IMG/VR virus record: IMGVR_UViG_3300028030_000352
Source of the DNA: an uncultured virus (IMG/VR IMGVR_UViG_3300028030_000352)
Lineage: Duplodnaviria > Heunggongvirae > Uroviricota > Caudoviricetes
Direction: 5' to 3' (one strand)
Length of the DNA stretch: 64,000 nt
Each line of letters opens with the position of its first letter. Position 1 is the first letter of the stretch. Shown one piece after another: positions 1 through 10,031 of this stretch. Both the position numbers and the translations under genes were made by a program. Under the pieces are notes generated by a model that saw only the letters and a program-made list of their open reading frames with translations, searched no databases and was not told the DNA's origin.

Positions 1-169
1 ACGAATCGTTAATATTGGAAAAATGATTGATATTGATCCAATTATTGGAATTGATGATATTCTCGATGAGAATGAAATTATTGATGATGTTCTTGTTTTT
101 CTTTCTTTTCTTTATGGTTTTATTCAAATTAGCGTCTATGTTCTACATTCACGAAGTGGTGCCGCCTAG

Positions 170-460
170 CCTGTAAAAATGATTACAGGACAATGACTCC
201 AGAGGTGCCAGTCAGGGAATTTACTCCCTGCTGTGCATCCAAGCATAGCACTTGGTTCATCATACGCTGTGATATGGCAAATGAGCCAACAAGTGATCGC
301 ATTGAACACTTGGGATCTGATTCACAACGGGAACTTGCCCTACGTACAGTCGCTGTCACACCCTCGACGAGGACGGATCGAAGCCTCTTCCGCGCATTTC
401 TGCGATCGAAGACCGGCCCATGCCTGTTACCTGACAAAGCCGAATCTCCAACTAACAATT
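170..460. ncRNA. Putative structured non-coding RNA (GC-rich, multi-hairpin), family unknown
   Basis: GC-richer than flanks; stems cctgtaa/ttacagg (170-189), caggga/tccctg (213-230), tgctgtgc/gcatagca (229-250), ttggttcat/atgagccaa (252-289), aagtg/cactt, cctcg/cgagg, tcttc-cgca/tgcg-gaaga; only short conflicting ORFs. Confidence 0.4.
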
Positions 461-600
461 TTGTTACGGTGTAAAACATCGCAATCTTACACTACATTCG
501 TTATGATGTAATCGTTGATACAGCCTAATAAGAAGGTTAAAGTTATTTTAGATTTTGTATAATGTAAAAAACTTACGAAAATTATACAGGGTCTGGTCAC

Positions 601-1791
601 ATGTTTACAAAAGAAATCGCGTCTGAAGAAGTTGTTCCTAATGGTCCTGCTTTCACCACATATGTCGAAATAAAACCAGGTGAATACTCAGATAGTGATG
701 TATTATCATTTTATACTGTGTTTGAAAATGACATAACATCATTTACGACAACGTATAAATACTCCGGTGAAATAGACCAATTAAAATCAGATTTGTCTAA
801 CTATAATAGCAATACGTTTTTGAATTTATATGCGTGGGTTACAAATAAATCGTTAAATGAAACGATGTCAAAGATTAAAGGAGACAAGGTTAAAGGGGCG
901 ATCGCTTACGCTACGATTAAAAACATAGCGGTAGTTTTTGATTCCATTAAAGAAACTATCAAACAGTATTTGATGTCCAATGATTTTCTTGAATTCGTTC
1001 ATGAGGGATACGCTAAATTTTTTGAGGAAAACAGGGAAATCACCACGATTCAAAGATCGTTCAATGAATTTTCTAGGGAAGCGCTGGCTAAGTTTGGAGT
1101 TACCGGACGGGTCATTGAACAAATTCGAGATTCCCTGATGACCGTTGTGTATGAGCCGATCAAAGTCGAAAAGTCCATACGTGTCGTCGCGAAGGATCTT
1201 GACGTCGATATCGAGGTAAATGAGGAAGCCATAGCGGACATTAGAAGAAAGTTCGATAAAGACTATATCGGTAAGACTAAGGGAATTCTTATTCGTCCAA
1301 TTTTTCACTCTACGGTGACATTTGATGTTACCGTTATGTACGATAACAACGGTGACGTTTCGGATCTTTTCACCGAGCACGTTGTACTGTCATCGGACAC
1401 TGAAAGACAAAACAAGGAATCGATGTCGGCTCTTTTATGGCTAACGAGAAAAAGCGTTGGCGTGTATGATGTTGATATTGATGATGCTACGGCTTCTATG
1501 GCGTCTGAAATTGAAAGAGTTTTGGTTGAGGCGAAGAGAGAAATTACTGAAAAGTTTGATAGGACGTGGGAACCGATATTGCGTATCGTGTCTAAAGCAG
1601 CCGGTGTAGACATAGATAAATATGACGAAATTGTTGAAATGTTAGAGGAAAATCCACTGCTAGATGTGGATATCGACGCATGGACACGCACTTTGATCAA
1701 TATCGATCAGGTAGGGGAAATCAACAAAAAGAAGGTCGTTGATTTTCTTGACAGAATGTTGAAGATTTTAGGAAGTAGGTATGTTCAATAA
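601..1791 (+). CDS. Hypothetical protein (396 aa)
   Basis: Long ORF overlapping the next gene start; no motif recognised. Confidence 0.85.
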   Translation: MFTKEIASEEVVPNGPAFTTYVEIKPGEYSDSDVLSFYTVFENDITSFTTTYKYSGEIDQLKSDLSNYNSNTFLNLYAWVTNKSLNETMSKIKGDKVKGAIAYATIKNIAVVFDSIKETIKQYLMSNDFLEFVHEGYAKFFEENREITTIQRSFNEFSREALAKFGVTGRVIEQIRDSLMTVVYEPIKVEKSIRVVAKDLDVDIEVNEEAIADIRRKFDKDYIGKTKGILIRPIFHSTVTFDVTVMYDNNGDVSDLFTEHVVLSSDTERQNKESMSALLWLTRKSVGVYDVDIDDATASMASEIERVLVEAKREITEKFDRTWEPILRIVSKAAGVDIDKYDEIVEMLEENPLLDVDIDAWTRTLINIDQVGEINKKKVVDFLDRMLKILGSRYVQ

Positions 1792-2218
1792 TGACGCTCC
1801 ATCATTGATAGTTGAAAAACTAAATGATGACATTGAACTCATTGAACAGTTTGCTAAGTGTGAATGCGTAGATAAACTTGACTATATACTTCCTAGATTG
1901 AACGATTTGAACTCGTTAGATTCGTCCGGTCATGATATTCTATATTATTCAATAAAACATCATAACGTGGACCTTTTTGACTACTTATCATCAATGAGTA
2001 GGGTTAATATTTGGAAAAAATATGAACATGGCAGAAACATTTTTCATATTTCTGCCATTCATGATTTTGTTGAAATTCTTTTCAAGTATAATGACATTCT
2101 AGACTATGACTTGAATCAGGTGGACGATGGAAATAACACGCCGCTTGACTTGTCGGACGGTGAGTGCTCATTCAAACGAACGCTGTCCAGACTGCTTGAC
2201 GGTGATAGCTTGTTCTAA
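1781..2218 (+). CDS. Ankyrin-repeat protein
   Basis: Degenerate ankyrin motifs DSSGHDILYYSIKH, GRNIFHISAIH, DDGNNTPLDLS. Confidence 0.75.
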   Translation: MFNNDAPSLIVEKLNDDIELIEQFAKCECVDKLDYILPRLNDLNSLDSSGHDILYYSIKHHNVDLFDYLSSMSRVNIWKKYEHGRNIFHISAIHDFVEILFKYNDILDYDLNQVDDGNNTPLDLSDGECSFKRTLSRLLDGDSLF

Positions 2219-2899
2219 CCGTTGTATCTCTTTTTTCAAGTCATTGATGATTGACGCGGCCTTTATTTGTTCAACGAAATTAAGGCCGTCATATTTAATT
2301 TTAATTTTTGTGTCATTAGACATATATAATTGTAGAAAATATTGATAATACTTTCTATTATATACATTGTAGTGAACGTATATTGAATCATCGAGTTCAA
2401 TGTGTGACAACACTACCATTGTCGTCATAAACAAATTTCGTTCCAGTAGTTCTAAGTTAATGACGTCAGACACGTCATTATGATTAAGGAAATCTACTGT
2501 TATTTCTGCTAGCTGTTTATCAATATCTGACGGTCCATACTTAAAGAACTGTAAAGCTTTTTGCTCTTGCAGTTTCTTATCTATATAAAACCTTGGAGCT
2601 AGAAGCTCTACCACTCCTTTAAATAGTCTTAGAGTTTTGAAGTGATCATTAGGTATATGAATGAGATCTATATATAGATGTTTGTTATCTACCCAAAGTC
2701 GTTCCATAAGCTCGTAGGGAACAGAGCCTTGTTGTTCATAGTATTCAATGACTCTACTAGGAACGACGTGTCTACTTTTATCTGCTACGAACTTATCAAG
2801 TTCTTCACAATGTATACTGATTTTGTCTTTTTTACCGAGTAGAAAACTCTTAGTATTCTTTATGTTTATCCACTTCATTTGGTGTGTTCCCGAATGCAT
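2168..2899 (-). CDS. Hypothetical protein
   Basis: 243-aa ORF; true start may be the internal M of MKWINIK. Confidence 0.7.
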   Translation of the reverse strand: MHSGTHQMKWINIKNTKSFLLGKKDKISIHCEELDKFVADKSRHVVPSRVIEYYEQQGSVPYELMERLWVDNKHLYIDLIHIPNDHFKTLRLFKGVVELLAPRFYIDKKLQEQKALQFFKYGPSDIDKQLAEITVDFLNHNDVSDVINLELLERNLFMTTMVVLSHIELDDSIYVHYNVYNRKYYQYFLQLYMSNDTKIKIKYDGLNFVEQIKAASIINDLKKEIQRLEQAITVKQSGQRSFE

Positions 2900-3251
2900 T
2901 AACCATATAGTATGATACGTATGCGTCTAGTATTACTTTTTCAATATCGTCCTCGCCCATCGTTCTTTCTATTTCTTTCTTTATTATCGTTGAATTTGAC
3001 TCTAAGATCTTCATTTCTTCATTTGTGAGATCTTTCATCAATTTATTCGTTAAACCTTGAAGGTTGTATGATTTCAAAAGTTCGTATTTGATCATATCCA
3101 TGTCTACTGTGAAGTCATCATGGATCGTAAGGTCCACAGACAGAAGCGGTATGTCTTTGTCCGTTAGAATCCATAAATTGATCGAGCACTGATTATTGTG
3201 CACCGTGATTGAAGTGTCCTCGACTATTATTCTTTTACTTAAAATGTCCAT
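2850..3251 (-). CDS. Hypothetical protein
   Basis: 133-aa ORF tiling with neighbour. Confidence 0.7.
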   Translation of the reverse strand: MDILSKRIIVEDTSITVHNNQCSINLWILTDKDIPLLSVDLTIHDDFTVDMDMIKYELLKSYNLQGLTNKLMKDLTNEEMKILESNSTIIKKEIERTMGEDDIEKVILDAYVSYYMVNAFGNTPNEVDKHKEY

Positions 3252-3286
3252 CTAATTTTAGACTACACATGTAATTTTTACTTACA

Positions 3287-3733
3287 ATGAAAACTTGTGA
3301 TAAACTATACACACAAATGATAAGCATTGACCCGATTGAACGACAGGAAAACATGTTCAGTTCGTTCATAAACATTACCGTTTACTGCAGCGGAAAATTT
3401 GCAAACTACCGCGTTTTTAGTGAACGAGAGGGTTTCCATCCACTTGACGGACTTACCGTCGTTGGATACTTGACGGAAATCGGTCGTCTTCACTTAGACG
3501 GTGAATTGAAAATGTTTTTAAGGGACGGAGCTTCTAAAGCTTTGGCGTGGATACTGTATCATACGTTAAAGAACGGTATGGTGTATGATGACGTGGGGCC
3601 GTTCATCGATGACTTTAAACGACGGTTTCCATCGGCGAAAATCGATCTTGAATCAATAATCAATGAAATGCATACGATGAGTCATCATATGGCAAGACAG
3701 CTTACTTCCCGACCCATAGAGATCCGCATTTAG
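3287..3733 (+). CDS. Hypothetical protein
   Basis: 148-aa ORF filling the gap between minus-strand genes. Confidence 0.65.
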   Translation: MKTCDKLYTQMISIDPIERQENMFSSFINITVYCSGKFANYRVFSEREGFHPLDGLTVVGYLTEIGRLHLDGELKMFLRDGASKALAWILYHTLKNGMVYDDVGPFIDDFKRRFPSAKIDLESIINEMHTMSHHMARQLTSRPIEIRI

Positions 3734-4598
3734 TCGGATCCGCTACAAAATCTTGATGGATCCAACAGTATCCATCCATTCCCCACCCTGTACCCCAATG
3801 ATTTCTTACCTTAAAAGCTTCAAGGTCAGGGTCATATCCAACGATAATCATTGAGTGATTCCCTGCGAAGTCTTTAGGGGAAGGCTTTTGTATGACGCCT
3901 TCTTTGTATCTCGTGAAGTTTCCTGGTAGTCTGAAACCCGCTACTACGCCGGGGAAGTTATGAAGCGCTTCTATGACCAAAGAAAGCCTTTTCTGGCCAT
4001 GTGCTTGGATGGAGTGGAATGAACGGAGCGTGTGAAGTCTCGCGTTAGAATAAGCGAGAAGTGACGGTCTTCTCGTCGCTCGTTCCCAGAGTCCATCGAC
4101 AACTTTGTTGTCGTATGGCCAAATTTTCTCTTCAGGAACCCCGAAACGAACGGCGACGTCAAAAACGAACCGATTATAAGTTCCGGATTCCGGATTTCCT
4201 GATTCAGACGGTGACATCATGTGCCTGGCGTTCCACCAGACGAACATTCTAGACAGATCAGGGAAATCATGCGGGGAAATTCCGTGCCGTTTCGCCAGCG
4301 CCGCTTCAACGAAATCGGCTCCGGAATTCGCCGCGCATGATGGTAAGTTGAGTTGATTCGACACGTGTTTGAATTGTGTCGTATTATCGATTATTTTATC
4401 TGTCGGCGACTCAACTTTCAGATTGACGTCAAGACTGAACGGTTTATCCCTTGGATCCTCTTTATCGGGGACCCATCCGAGTTTTGACGGATCGATTTTT
4501 TCAAAATCGTTCGGTTCTTCCCTGAGTTTTAGATCAAATTTTACCCTATTTAAGGTTGGGTTGGTCTTTTTTAAGTGGAATAGCTGAAACAGGCCCAT
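3702..4598 (-). CDS. Papain-like cysteine peptidase (C1 family)
   Basis: Oxyanion Q and catalytic C in NQLNLPSCAAN, His in NHSMIIVGYD, Asn in FKVRNHWGTGWG; GWVPD..DPRD pro-region typical of bacterial C1A. Confidence 0.9.
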   Translation of the reverse strand: MGLFQLFHLKKTNPTLNRVKFDLKLREEPNDFEKIDPSKLGWVPDKEDPRDKPFSLDVNLKVESPTDKIIDNTTQFKHVSNQLNLPSCAANSGADFVEAALAKRHGISPHDFPDLSRMFVWWNARHMMSPSESGNPESGTYNRFVFDVAVRFGVPEEKIWPYDNKVVDGLWERATRRPSLLAYSNARLHTLRSFHSIQAHGQKRLSLVIEALHNFPGVVAGFRLPGNFTRYKEGVIQKPSPKDFAGNHSMIIVGYDPDLEAFKVRNHWGTGWGMDGYCWIHQDFVADPTKCGSLWVGK

Positions 4599-5088
4599 TA
4601 GCTTTACCTCCTACGTAACGTCCATTGTTACTATAAAGAATAGTTTTGCCTTTGATTTCTTGAAATCTTACTTGGCAAATTCTCATGTTTTCATAAAGGA
4701 CTATTGGTCTTACGCACGTAACCTCTAGTGTGTATTGACCACAAAAACCCGGATCCCCATAACCTGCTGTTACGTGGATCGTGAGTCCAAGACGACCGAG
4801 TGTTGATTTTCCATCGATTATCTGGACATAATTGTCTGTGCAGACACGATTCACGGTATGCATGATGTAAAGTTGTCCAGGTTGAAGAACGATCTTATGG
4901 TTGAATTCGTATTCTAATGTTTTGTTTTCTTTGAAAGGATCCAGCAGAACGTCCGGTGCGTACTGTATGACTCGATTCCCAAGTCTTAAATCGATGCTCG
5001 CCGGGTTTATATCTCTTTCAAAAAACGGGTCTATTATTATTCGTTTTGATTGAATCTCTTGTTTAATTTTTGTTCCGGAAATTATCAT
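4546..5088 (-). CDS. dcd: dCTP deaminase
   Basis: INPASIDLRLG, DGKSTLGRLGLTIHVTAGYGDPGFCGQYTLE, RICQV motifs. Confidence 0.92.
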   Translation of the reverse strand: MIISGTKIKQEIQSKRIIIDPFFERDINPASIDLRLGNRVIQYAPDVLLDPFKENKTLEYEFNHKIVLQPGQLYIMHTVNRVCTDNYVQIIDGKSTLGRLGLTIHVTAGYGDPGFCGQYTLEVTCVRPIVLYENMRICQVRFQEIKGKTILYSNNGRYVGGKANGPVSAIPLKKDQPNLK

Positions 5089-5457
5089 ATGTACAATTCA
5101 TACTCTCTTGATGTTTATGGTCAAATATTTACAATACATGAATATGACGAAATTGATTGTGAATGTATCGTATCGAAAGTGAGTGAAATACCTAGGAGTG
5201 TACTTGAGGAAGCTAAGAAAGGGTACATGGCAAATTTCACATCATACATGAAAAATAGTAAATCTATTTTGCTAAAGTGTAAACACTTGCAATGTGAACT
5301 TGATTGTCCAAATCGAAGCGACAAATGTGATATTGAGTGGTCGGTGACTAACGGAAAAACGCTTCCGTCTTGTTGGATGTCAAGCTACGGTTGCTACGAA
5401 CCTGTGCACGCGTTAAGTGTCGGACATCTCGTATTTATCGTTGATGAGAGCCGATAA
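5050..5457 (+). CDS. Hypothetical Cys-rich protein
   Basis: ORF fills the gap between two minus-strand genes; several Cys (CKHLQCELDCPNRSDKC); start uncertain. Confidence 0.5.
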   Translation: MNLLFNFCSGNYHMYNSYSLDVYGQIFTIHEYDEIDCECIVSKVSEIPRSVLEEAKKGYMANFTSYMKNSKSILLKCKHLQCELDCPNRSDKCDIEWSVTNGKTLPSCWMSSYGCYEPVHALSVGHLVFIVDESR

Positions 5458-5994
5458 TCTTTCAAGTGCTTCATCTGTTGCAGATGAAATTACGGATCGT
5501 TTCACGTCAAAGAAGATGTGATCGTATATCATGCAGATTTTTGTATATTCAATGAGTGAGCATTTATCACGTACTCGATAAATCTTTTTATCAACAGCTT
5601 TGAGTTTCTTTTTGATTTTATCGATCGGTGATTGTTTTTTCTCTTCCTCTTCCCCTTTTATATCTAAATCGATTCCGAATCGATTCGCGAGTTGAACTGT
5701 CGCTTGTCCATATGAAATGCTATTGAAGCGTGAGTAAAGAGCTATGCTATCCCAATTTTCCCTACAGACAAAACAGTAAACGTGGCCGCTTCCATCATCC
5801 GGATAGTAGCGGGCCGATGGTTTATTGTCTGGGCCGTGAAATGGACACGGTATTTGCGTCGGTTCATTTTGATTAACGAGCTGTTCTATCGTTGAATGCT
5901 CAGTTAGTGCTTGGAACGCGCTATACTCCCTTTTTATTTTTTCCCTTACCGCTTTCCACTTGCCCTTATCATCGCTTTTAAATTGTTCTATCAT
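5413..5994 (-). CDS. Stand-alone CHC2 zinc-finger protein (DnaG-type zinc-binding domain, no TOPRIM)
   Basis: CPFHGPDNKPSA...YCFVC...DSIALYSRF...ATVQLANRFGI. Confidence 0.85.
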   Translation of the reverse strand: MIEQFKSDDKGKWKAVREKIKREYSAFQALTEHSTIEQLVNQNEPTQIPCPFHGPDNKPSARYYPDDGSGHVYCFVCRENWDSIALYSRFNSISYGQATVQLANRFGIDLDIKGEEEEKKQSPIDKIKKKLKAVDKKIYRVRDKCSLIEYTKICMIYDHIFFDVKRSVISSATDEALERLSALINDKYEMSDT

Positions 5995-6662
5995 TTTGTG
6001 ATCTTGTACATTTTATACAACTTTTCAAATGTTTCATTTGAAAATGTCATATTGTTTGCTAAAATTATCTGTTTTTTATATTCATTACTATTGATTAACA
6101 GGTTCAATTTTTCTAAGAAAGATTCGTAAGTGCGTTTACTGTAGTAGTAAAAATTGTTATAATTGTTATAATGCGGTTCACGAAGTTGAAGTATCTTGTC
6201 CATGATCACATTGAATATCTTATGTGTTCTTTTGTTTAGTAAACCTAAACTTACTGTTAGTTTATAAGGTCTACTGCCTATTGTATATGATATTACAATA
6301 TTATTATCATCACATTCCATACTGTCAAAATGCATTGTTATGAATTTGCCGTTATGTGGTGAGATCTCATCAACATGTGTTACATCGTCTATTCCCTTCA
6401 TATATTCATTGATTGTTCCTGACCTCATGAACTGTTCTATTATTTTATCATGTATAACTTTAGAATCGTTCTTTGATAATTTTATATCATGGGATAGATT
6501 GAATTTGCCCCTTAACACATTAAGTTCACCTTGCATTGGTGAGTATCCACTTATATGATGATCTACAACGTGTCCGTCTACAGTAACGGACACGTCACAC
6601 TTTATACCAACCGCGTCAATCGTATACATAACAGATGGGTTTTTAATAGTAACCTGTATCAT
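5991..6662 (-). CDS. Hypothetical protein with C-terminal motif (LYKMYKITK)
   Basis: 223-aa ORF, ATGA-coupled. Confidence 0.8.
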   Translation of the reverse strand: MIQVTIKNPSVMYTIDAVGIKCDVSVTVDGHVVDHHISGYSPMQGELNVLRGKFNLSHDIKLSKNDSKVIHDKIIEQFMRSGTINEYMKGIDDVTHVDEISPHNGKFITMHFDSMECDDNNIVISYTIGSRPYKLTVSLGLLNKRTHKIFNVIMDKILQLREPHYNNYNNFYYYSKRTYESFLEKLNLLINSNEYKKQIILANNMTFSNETFEKLYKMYKITK

Positions 6663-6994
6663 CGCAAAATGTGATCTGCTATTGTTTCTAGAACATAAGA
6701 CCTGAACTTGTCAGATGCTAGTAGTTTTCTTTCAATTTCTTCCTCAATGAGATCTTTATATACCATGAAGTCTCCGTTGTCTTTTATGTTTACTGATATC
6801 TTATTGTTCACAAGATCGATCTTTGAGAAGAAAAAATTTGGCTTTTGTATATTATCCGTCATAGTGAACGTCTTACCACCGACGTTCACTATGACGGTAA
6901 CTAGCATCGTTCGTTGAATTAGTTTATAATCCTGCGTCCAAATATGATCGTGAATTATTACATCGTTATCATTTTTATCCGTATCATGTTCCAT
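6659..6994 (-). CDS. Hypothetical protein
   Basis: Coupled ORF. Confidence 0.65.
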   Translation of the reverse strand: MEHDTDKNDNDVIIHDHIWTQDYKLIQRTMLVTVIVNVGGKTFTMTDNIQKPNFFFSKIDLVNNKISVNIKDNGDFMVYKDLIEEEIERKLLASDKFRSYVLETIADHILR

Positions 6995-7248
6995 AATTCG
7001 TCCATGTCGATTTTTATTACAGAGTTCGATATCTTGAAATATTGAAGCCTTCTTTCTGTCTTATTTTTATGGAAATCGGCGATGAGTTCGTTCATCTTAT
7101 ACCCGGTTCCCTCTATTATATTATAGGCTTCAGAAGTTACGTCCTTATCATAATATTGGCGAATTAGTTTTCCATTATACAGGAAAACTACATACTTTGA
7201 TTTCTTTGACAGATGCAATATCTTTATATCATGCTTCGAGTAGTTCAT
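6958..7248 (-). CDS. Hypothetical protein
   Basis: Overlapping co-oriented ORF ending MIRIKMITM. Confidence 0.6.
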   Translation of the reverse strand: MNYSKHDIKILHLSKKSKYVVFLYNGKLIRQYYDKDVTSEAYNIIEGTGYKMNELIADFHKNKTERRLQYFKISNSVIKIDMDELWNMIRIKMITM

Positions 7249-7939
7249 CGATTCCTAGAACTCTGTAAATTTCTGGTTTTCTTATTTCTATCTTGTTTTC
7301 TAGGCTATTTACTAGACTTTGGACTTTTTCTTCGAATGAAAAGAATTTGCTATTGATGTTGCCGTAATAGGCTCTAATGATTATCAGGTCGTGAACGAGT
7401 GCTTTAATCTGTTTGTTAACTTCTTCCATGTCAAGAAATTCAACGAGTTTCTTGTTCCAGTTAATGAGCTTTACGTTGTTCACTCTTTCCATGTCATAGA
7501 TGATCCCCGGCTTCCTGACCGTTATCATGTCATCATATGTCATGACTCTGCTAGATTTTAGACTTCCTAGTGTTACGCCTTTTAGCATGTAGTCTACAAA
7601 CTTCTGGTAGGTGAAAAGTCCATCGATTGGTTCTGATATTACCGATCTGACGATCGGATACTGTTCATCGTGCATTAGCTTGATTCGCGATATGTCTACC
7701 GCATACGTGTACTTGAACGTCTTGCCGTGCATTTCGGCTATTATCGCCGCTTGAGGGAAAATTAGCCTGAACGGTTTTTCTGCGTTTTTAGCGACGTTCT
7801 TCTTTTTGTTTATGAAACTGAACTTTACGTTTTCTGGTTTTGCCGTTAGGTTCTTTTCTATTGCCCTCTTTATTATATCCGACGACAGAATATCGTTTCT
7901 TATATCATCATATGACATACCTGAATACGTTTTCCTCAT
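7229..7939 (-). CDS. Hypothetical protein
   Basis: 236-aa coupled ORF. Confidence 0.8.
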   Translation of the reverse strand: MRKTYSGMSYDDIRNDILSSDIIKRAIEKNLTAKPENVKFSFINKKKNVAKNAEKPFRLIFPQAAIIAEMHGKTFKYTYAVDISRIKLMHDEQYPIVRSVISEPIDGLFTYQKFVDYMLKGVTLGSLKSSRVMTYDDMITVRKPGIIYDMERVNNVKLINWNKKLVEFLDMEEVNKQIKALVHDLIIIRAYYGNINSKFFSFEEKVQSLVNSLENKIEIRKPEIYRVLGIDELLEA

Positions 7940-8247
7940 GATGTTTTCCTTTCTAAATTCTTAGCTATGTGGTTAGCTATCAGGTTTGTCACGGTTTTTA
8001 TCGTTCCAACTTCTTGAAGTTTTTGTGATATTGCTTCCTTTATTAAATCCTCGTGTTTTTTGTCTACTCTTAGTGCAACCCAGTCAGAGTGCAGTACCAT
8101 TACCGCGTCGTCTTTTATGATTTCGCCGTTCGACTCTATCTCAATGTCTATGTCTATCGATTTGTGAATTGACATATATGATGTGTACTCCGGGATGTAC
8201 ACGTTAAACTTTGTCACTGTGAAGTTATTTGTTGATTTTTGTGACAT
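7936..8247 (-). CDS. Hypothetical protein
   Basis: Coupled ORF. Confidence 0.65.
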   Translation of the reverse strand: MSQKSTNNFTVTKFNVYIPEYTSYMSIHKSIDIDIEIESNGEIIKDDAVMVLHSDWVALRVDKKHEDLIKEAISQKLQEVGTIKTVTNLIANHIAKNLERKTS

Positions 8248-8590
8248 TGTATATTCGTCTAACTTTTTGTTCTACTTCTTCCCAGTTCAACCACTTGATT
8301 TGAACTTGCTCTTTTGCAAGTTGAATCTCGGACTCTATCGTTGGGTTGTACATGGACGGCACTCGCTCTAATTGTTGCTTTAGTTCGGCTGACTTTTCCT
8401 CGTTAAAAACTACATTGTGAGTTTTAATGAGTTGGCGTTGAACTGTGTCGTAAAGTTGTTCACTGTTTATTTCTTTTGGATGCGAAGCGACTTTCACATC
8501 GCAAGATCTACCATCAATAGTAAACTTCAGTGTCATAACGTTCATTGGATTAATTTCTAGTGATACTCTATCTAGCTCTATGCATTTCAT
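8225..8590 (-). CDS. Hypothetical protein with C-terminal motif (IYNVTKINK)
   Basis: Overlapping co-oriented ORF. Confidence 0.7.
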   Translation of the reverse strand: MKCIELDRVSLEINPMNVMTLKFTIDGRSCDVKVASHPKEINSEQLYDTVQRQLIKTHNVVFNEEKSAELKQQLERVPSMYNPTIESEIQLAKEQVQIKWLNWEEVEQKVRRIYNVTKINK

Positions 8591-8933
8591 TTACTATTAC
8601 CTTTGATATCGATAGCATTATGTAATCTGTGAATTGTTTCGCTGAGAATAAACTAGAGGCGAGTTGAATGTCAAACTGTTCACTGTATCTTGCTGGTAAG
8701 TTTGCTTTTCTTAAGATTTGAATCGGTCTAGTTTTCATTGTTTTGTTAACTAGATCAATTTCTCTAATGATCAGTATATCATAACCTTTTTCATTTCTTG
8801 TAGATAAATGAAGTGGCGTTGAATTCTCTTTATCTTCGATCCTTCCGTCTAGCCTAATATAAAGTCTTTTCAGGAAACTTGTCCCATCATCTACCATAGG
8901 CAGGAGTGTTATCTTTTTTATGATAACCTTCAT
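8568..8933 (-). CDS. Hypothetical protein
   Basis: Coupled ORF. Confidence 0.65.
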   Translation of the reverse strand: MKVIIKKITLLPMVDDGTSFLKRLYIRLDGRIEDKENSTPLHLSTRNEKGYDILIIREIDLVNKTMKTRPIQILRKANLPARYSEQFDIQLASSLFSAKQFTDYIMLSISKVIVNEMHRAR

Positions 8934-9310
8934 CCCATTATCATTCCCAATTTTATGAATTTTCTTAGTTGATCGTCATCAAACTTTACACTTTCAAACC
9001 TCGTCCTGAAGTTTTCTATACCTGCTCCGATCGGATCAGATTCATACTGATCTATCATCGATTTGACGTTTATATCGTATCCGTCCATAACGCTTTCGAC
9101 GTGTTCATATCTTTGTTCTTGGCTTCCATTGATCATTACTGGTGGTATTGGCCACTGGTTGAGTTCTAACCAGTAAACGATTTCTTTTTTGATGCTACGG
9201 TCGTCGTTAATATCCCAGACTCTTACGTTGAGTACGTTACCATTATTCTTTTTTAATCTTATATTGTACTCATCTAGTAAACTGTTATATGTTATTAATA
9301 ATATTTTCAT
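8930..9310 (-). CDS. Hypothetical protein
   Basis: ATGA-coupled ORF ending FIKLGMIMG. Confidence 0.7.
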   Translation of the reverse strand: MKILLITYNSLLDEYNIRLKKNNGNVLNVRVWDINDDRSIKKEIVYWLELNQWPIPPVMINGSQEQRYEHVESVMDGYDINVKSMIDQYESDPIGAGIENFRTRFESVKFDDDQLRKFIKLGMIMG

Positions 9311-9690
9311 TTTATCATTGACATTACGAAAAGTTGTAAAAGATCGTCTTTTTCCATTTCATTTTGCATGAAGCGCGTATGTACCGCGACCTTCATGTTA
9401 ACCCCATTTTCCTTGCAAAGTTTTAACACATGTTTTGAATGAACTACAGACAGTACGTATTTGAAGCCTCTTAGATTCCTGAAAATTTCAAACTCCGCCC
9501 CGTTTGATAGTAGAAACATGACAACAATCGCGAAATTTGTGTTTAGAGTTATATCAGGGGGTTCGCCCATCATCTCCTTCGTTACAAGTTTTGACACTAG
9601 ATCATTGAACTTGATCTCATTGAAACTTCTATAGGTATTATAATCTTCTATTATACTGCGTACGTCAAGATTTTTCCATGGATTTTTCAT
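9307..9690 (-). CDS. Hypothetical protein
   Basis: ATGA-coupled ORF. Confidence 0.7.
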   Translation of the reverse strand: MKNPWKNLDVRSIIEDYNTYRSFNEIKFNDLVSKLVTKEMMGEPPDITLNTNFAIVVMFLLSNGAEFEIFRNLRGFKYVLSVVHSKHVLKLCKENGVNMKVAVHTRFMQNEMEKDDLLQLFVMSMIK

Positions 9691-9695
9691 GGCTT

Positions 9696-10031
9696 CTAAT
9701 TGAAATATTCAACGGATCTTCCCCTAATGTCTACGATATCGATCATAACTCTTTCCGATCTGGATACGAGACGAGACATTCTATCTTCTAAAACGTCTAG
9801 ATTTATTCCTTCTATATTTCCATTATAAAGTGCTACTATTTGTTCATCGAGTTCATTATATTCTTTAATCAATCTTTCAATATCCTTCATGATTTCAATT
9901 CTATTTGTAATAGTTTCCATCATCTTTTTGGGCATCGAAGTGACTAGCATAGTGGCGTATTTGCCGTTTGCCTCCATCTGTTCATTCAATTTTTTTACGT
10001 TATTTACTTTATCTTTCATTTTATCATCCAT
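9696..10031 (-). CDS. Hypothetical coiled-coil protein
   Basis: Overlaps the cas8c stop; helical heptad-like composition. Confidence 0.65.
   Translation of the reverse strand: MDDKMKDKVNNVKKLNEQMEANGKYATMLVTSMPKKMMETITNRIEIMKDIERLIKEYNELDEQIVALYNGNIEGINLDVLEDRMSRLVSRSERVMIDIVDIRGRSVEYFN

Noticed and set aside
1..169. Possible 3' end of a + strand gene (frame from position 2, stop at 167-169)
   Set aside because: Too short and truncated to support a call
9696..10031. ORF right after cas8c as the Cas11 candidate
   Set aside because: Right position but no resemblance to the Cas8c C-terminal pattern; 20770..21156 fits better
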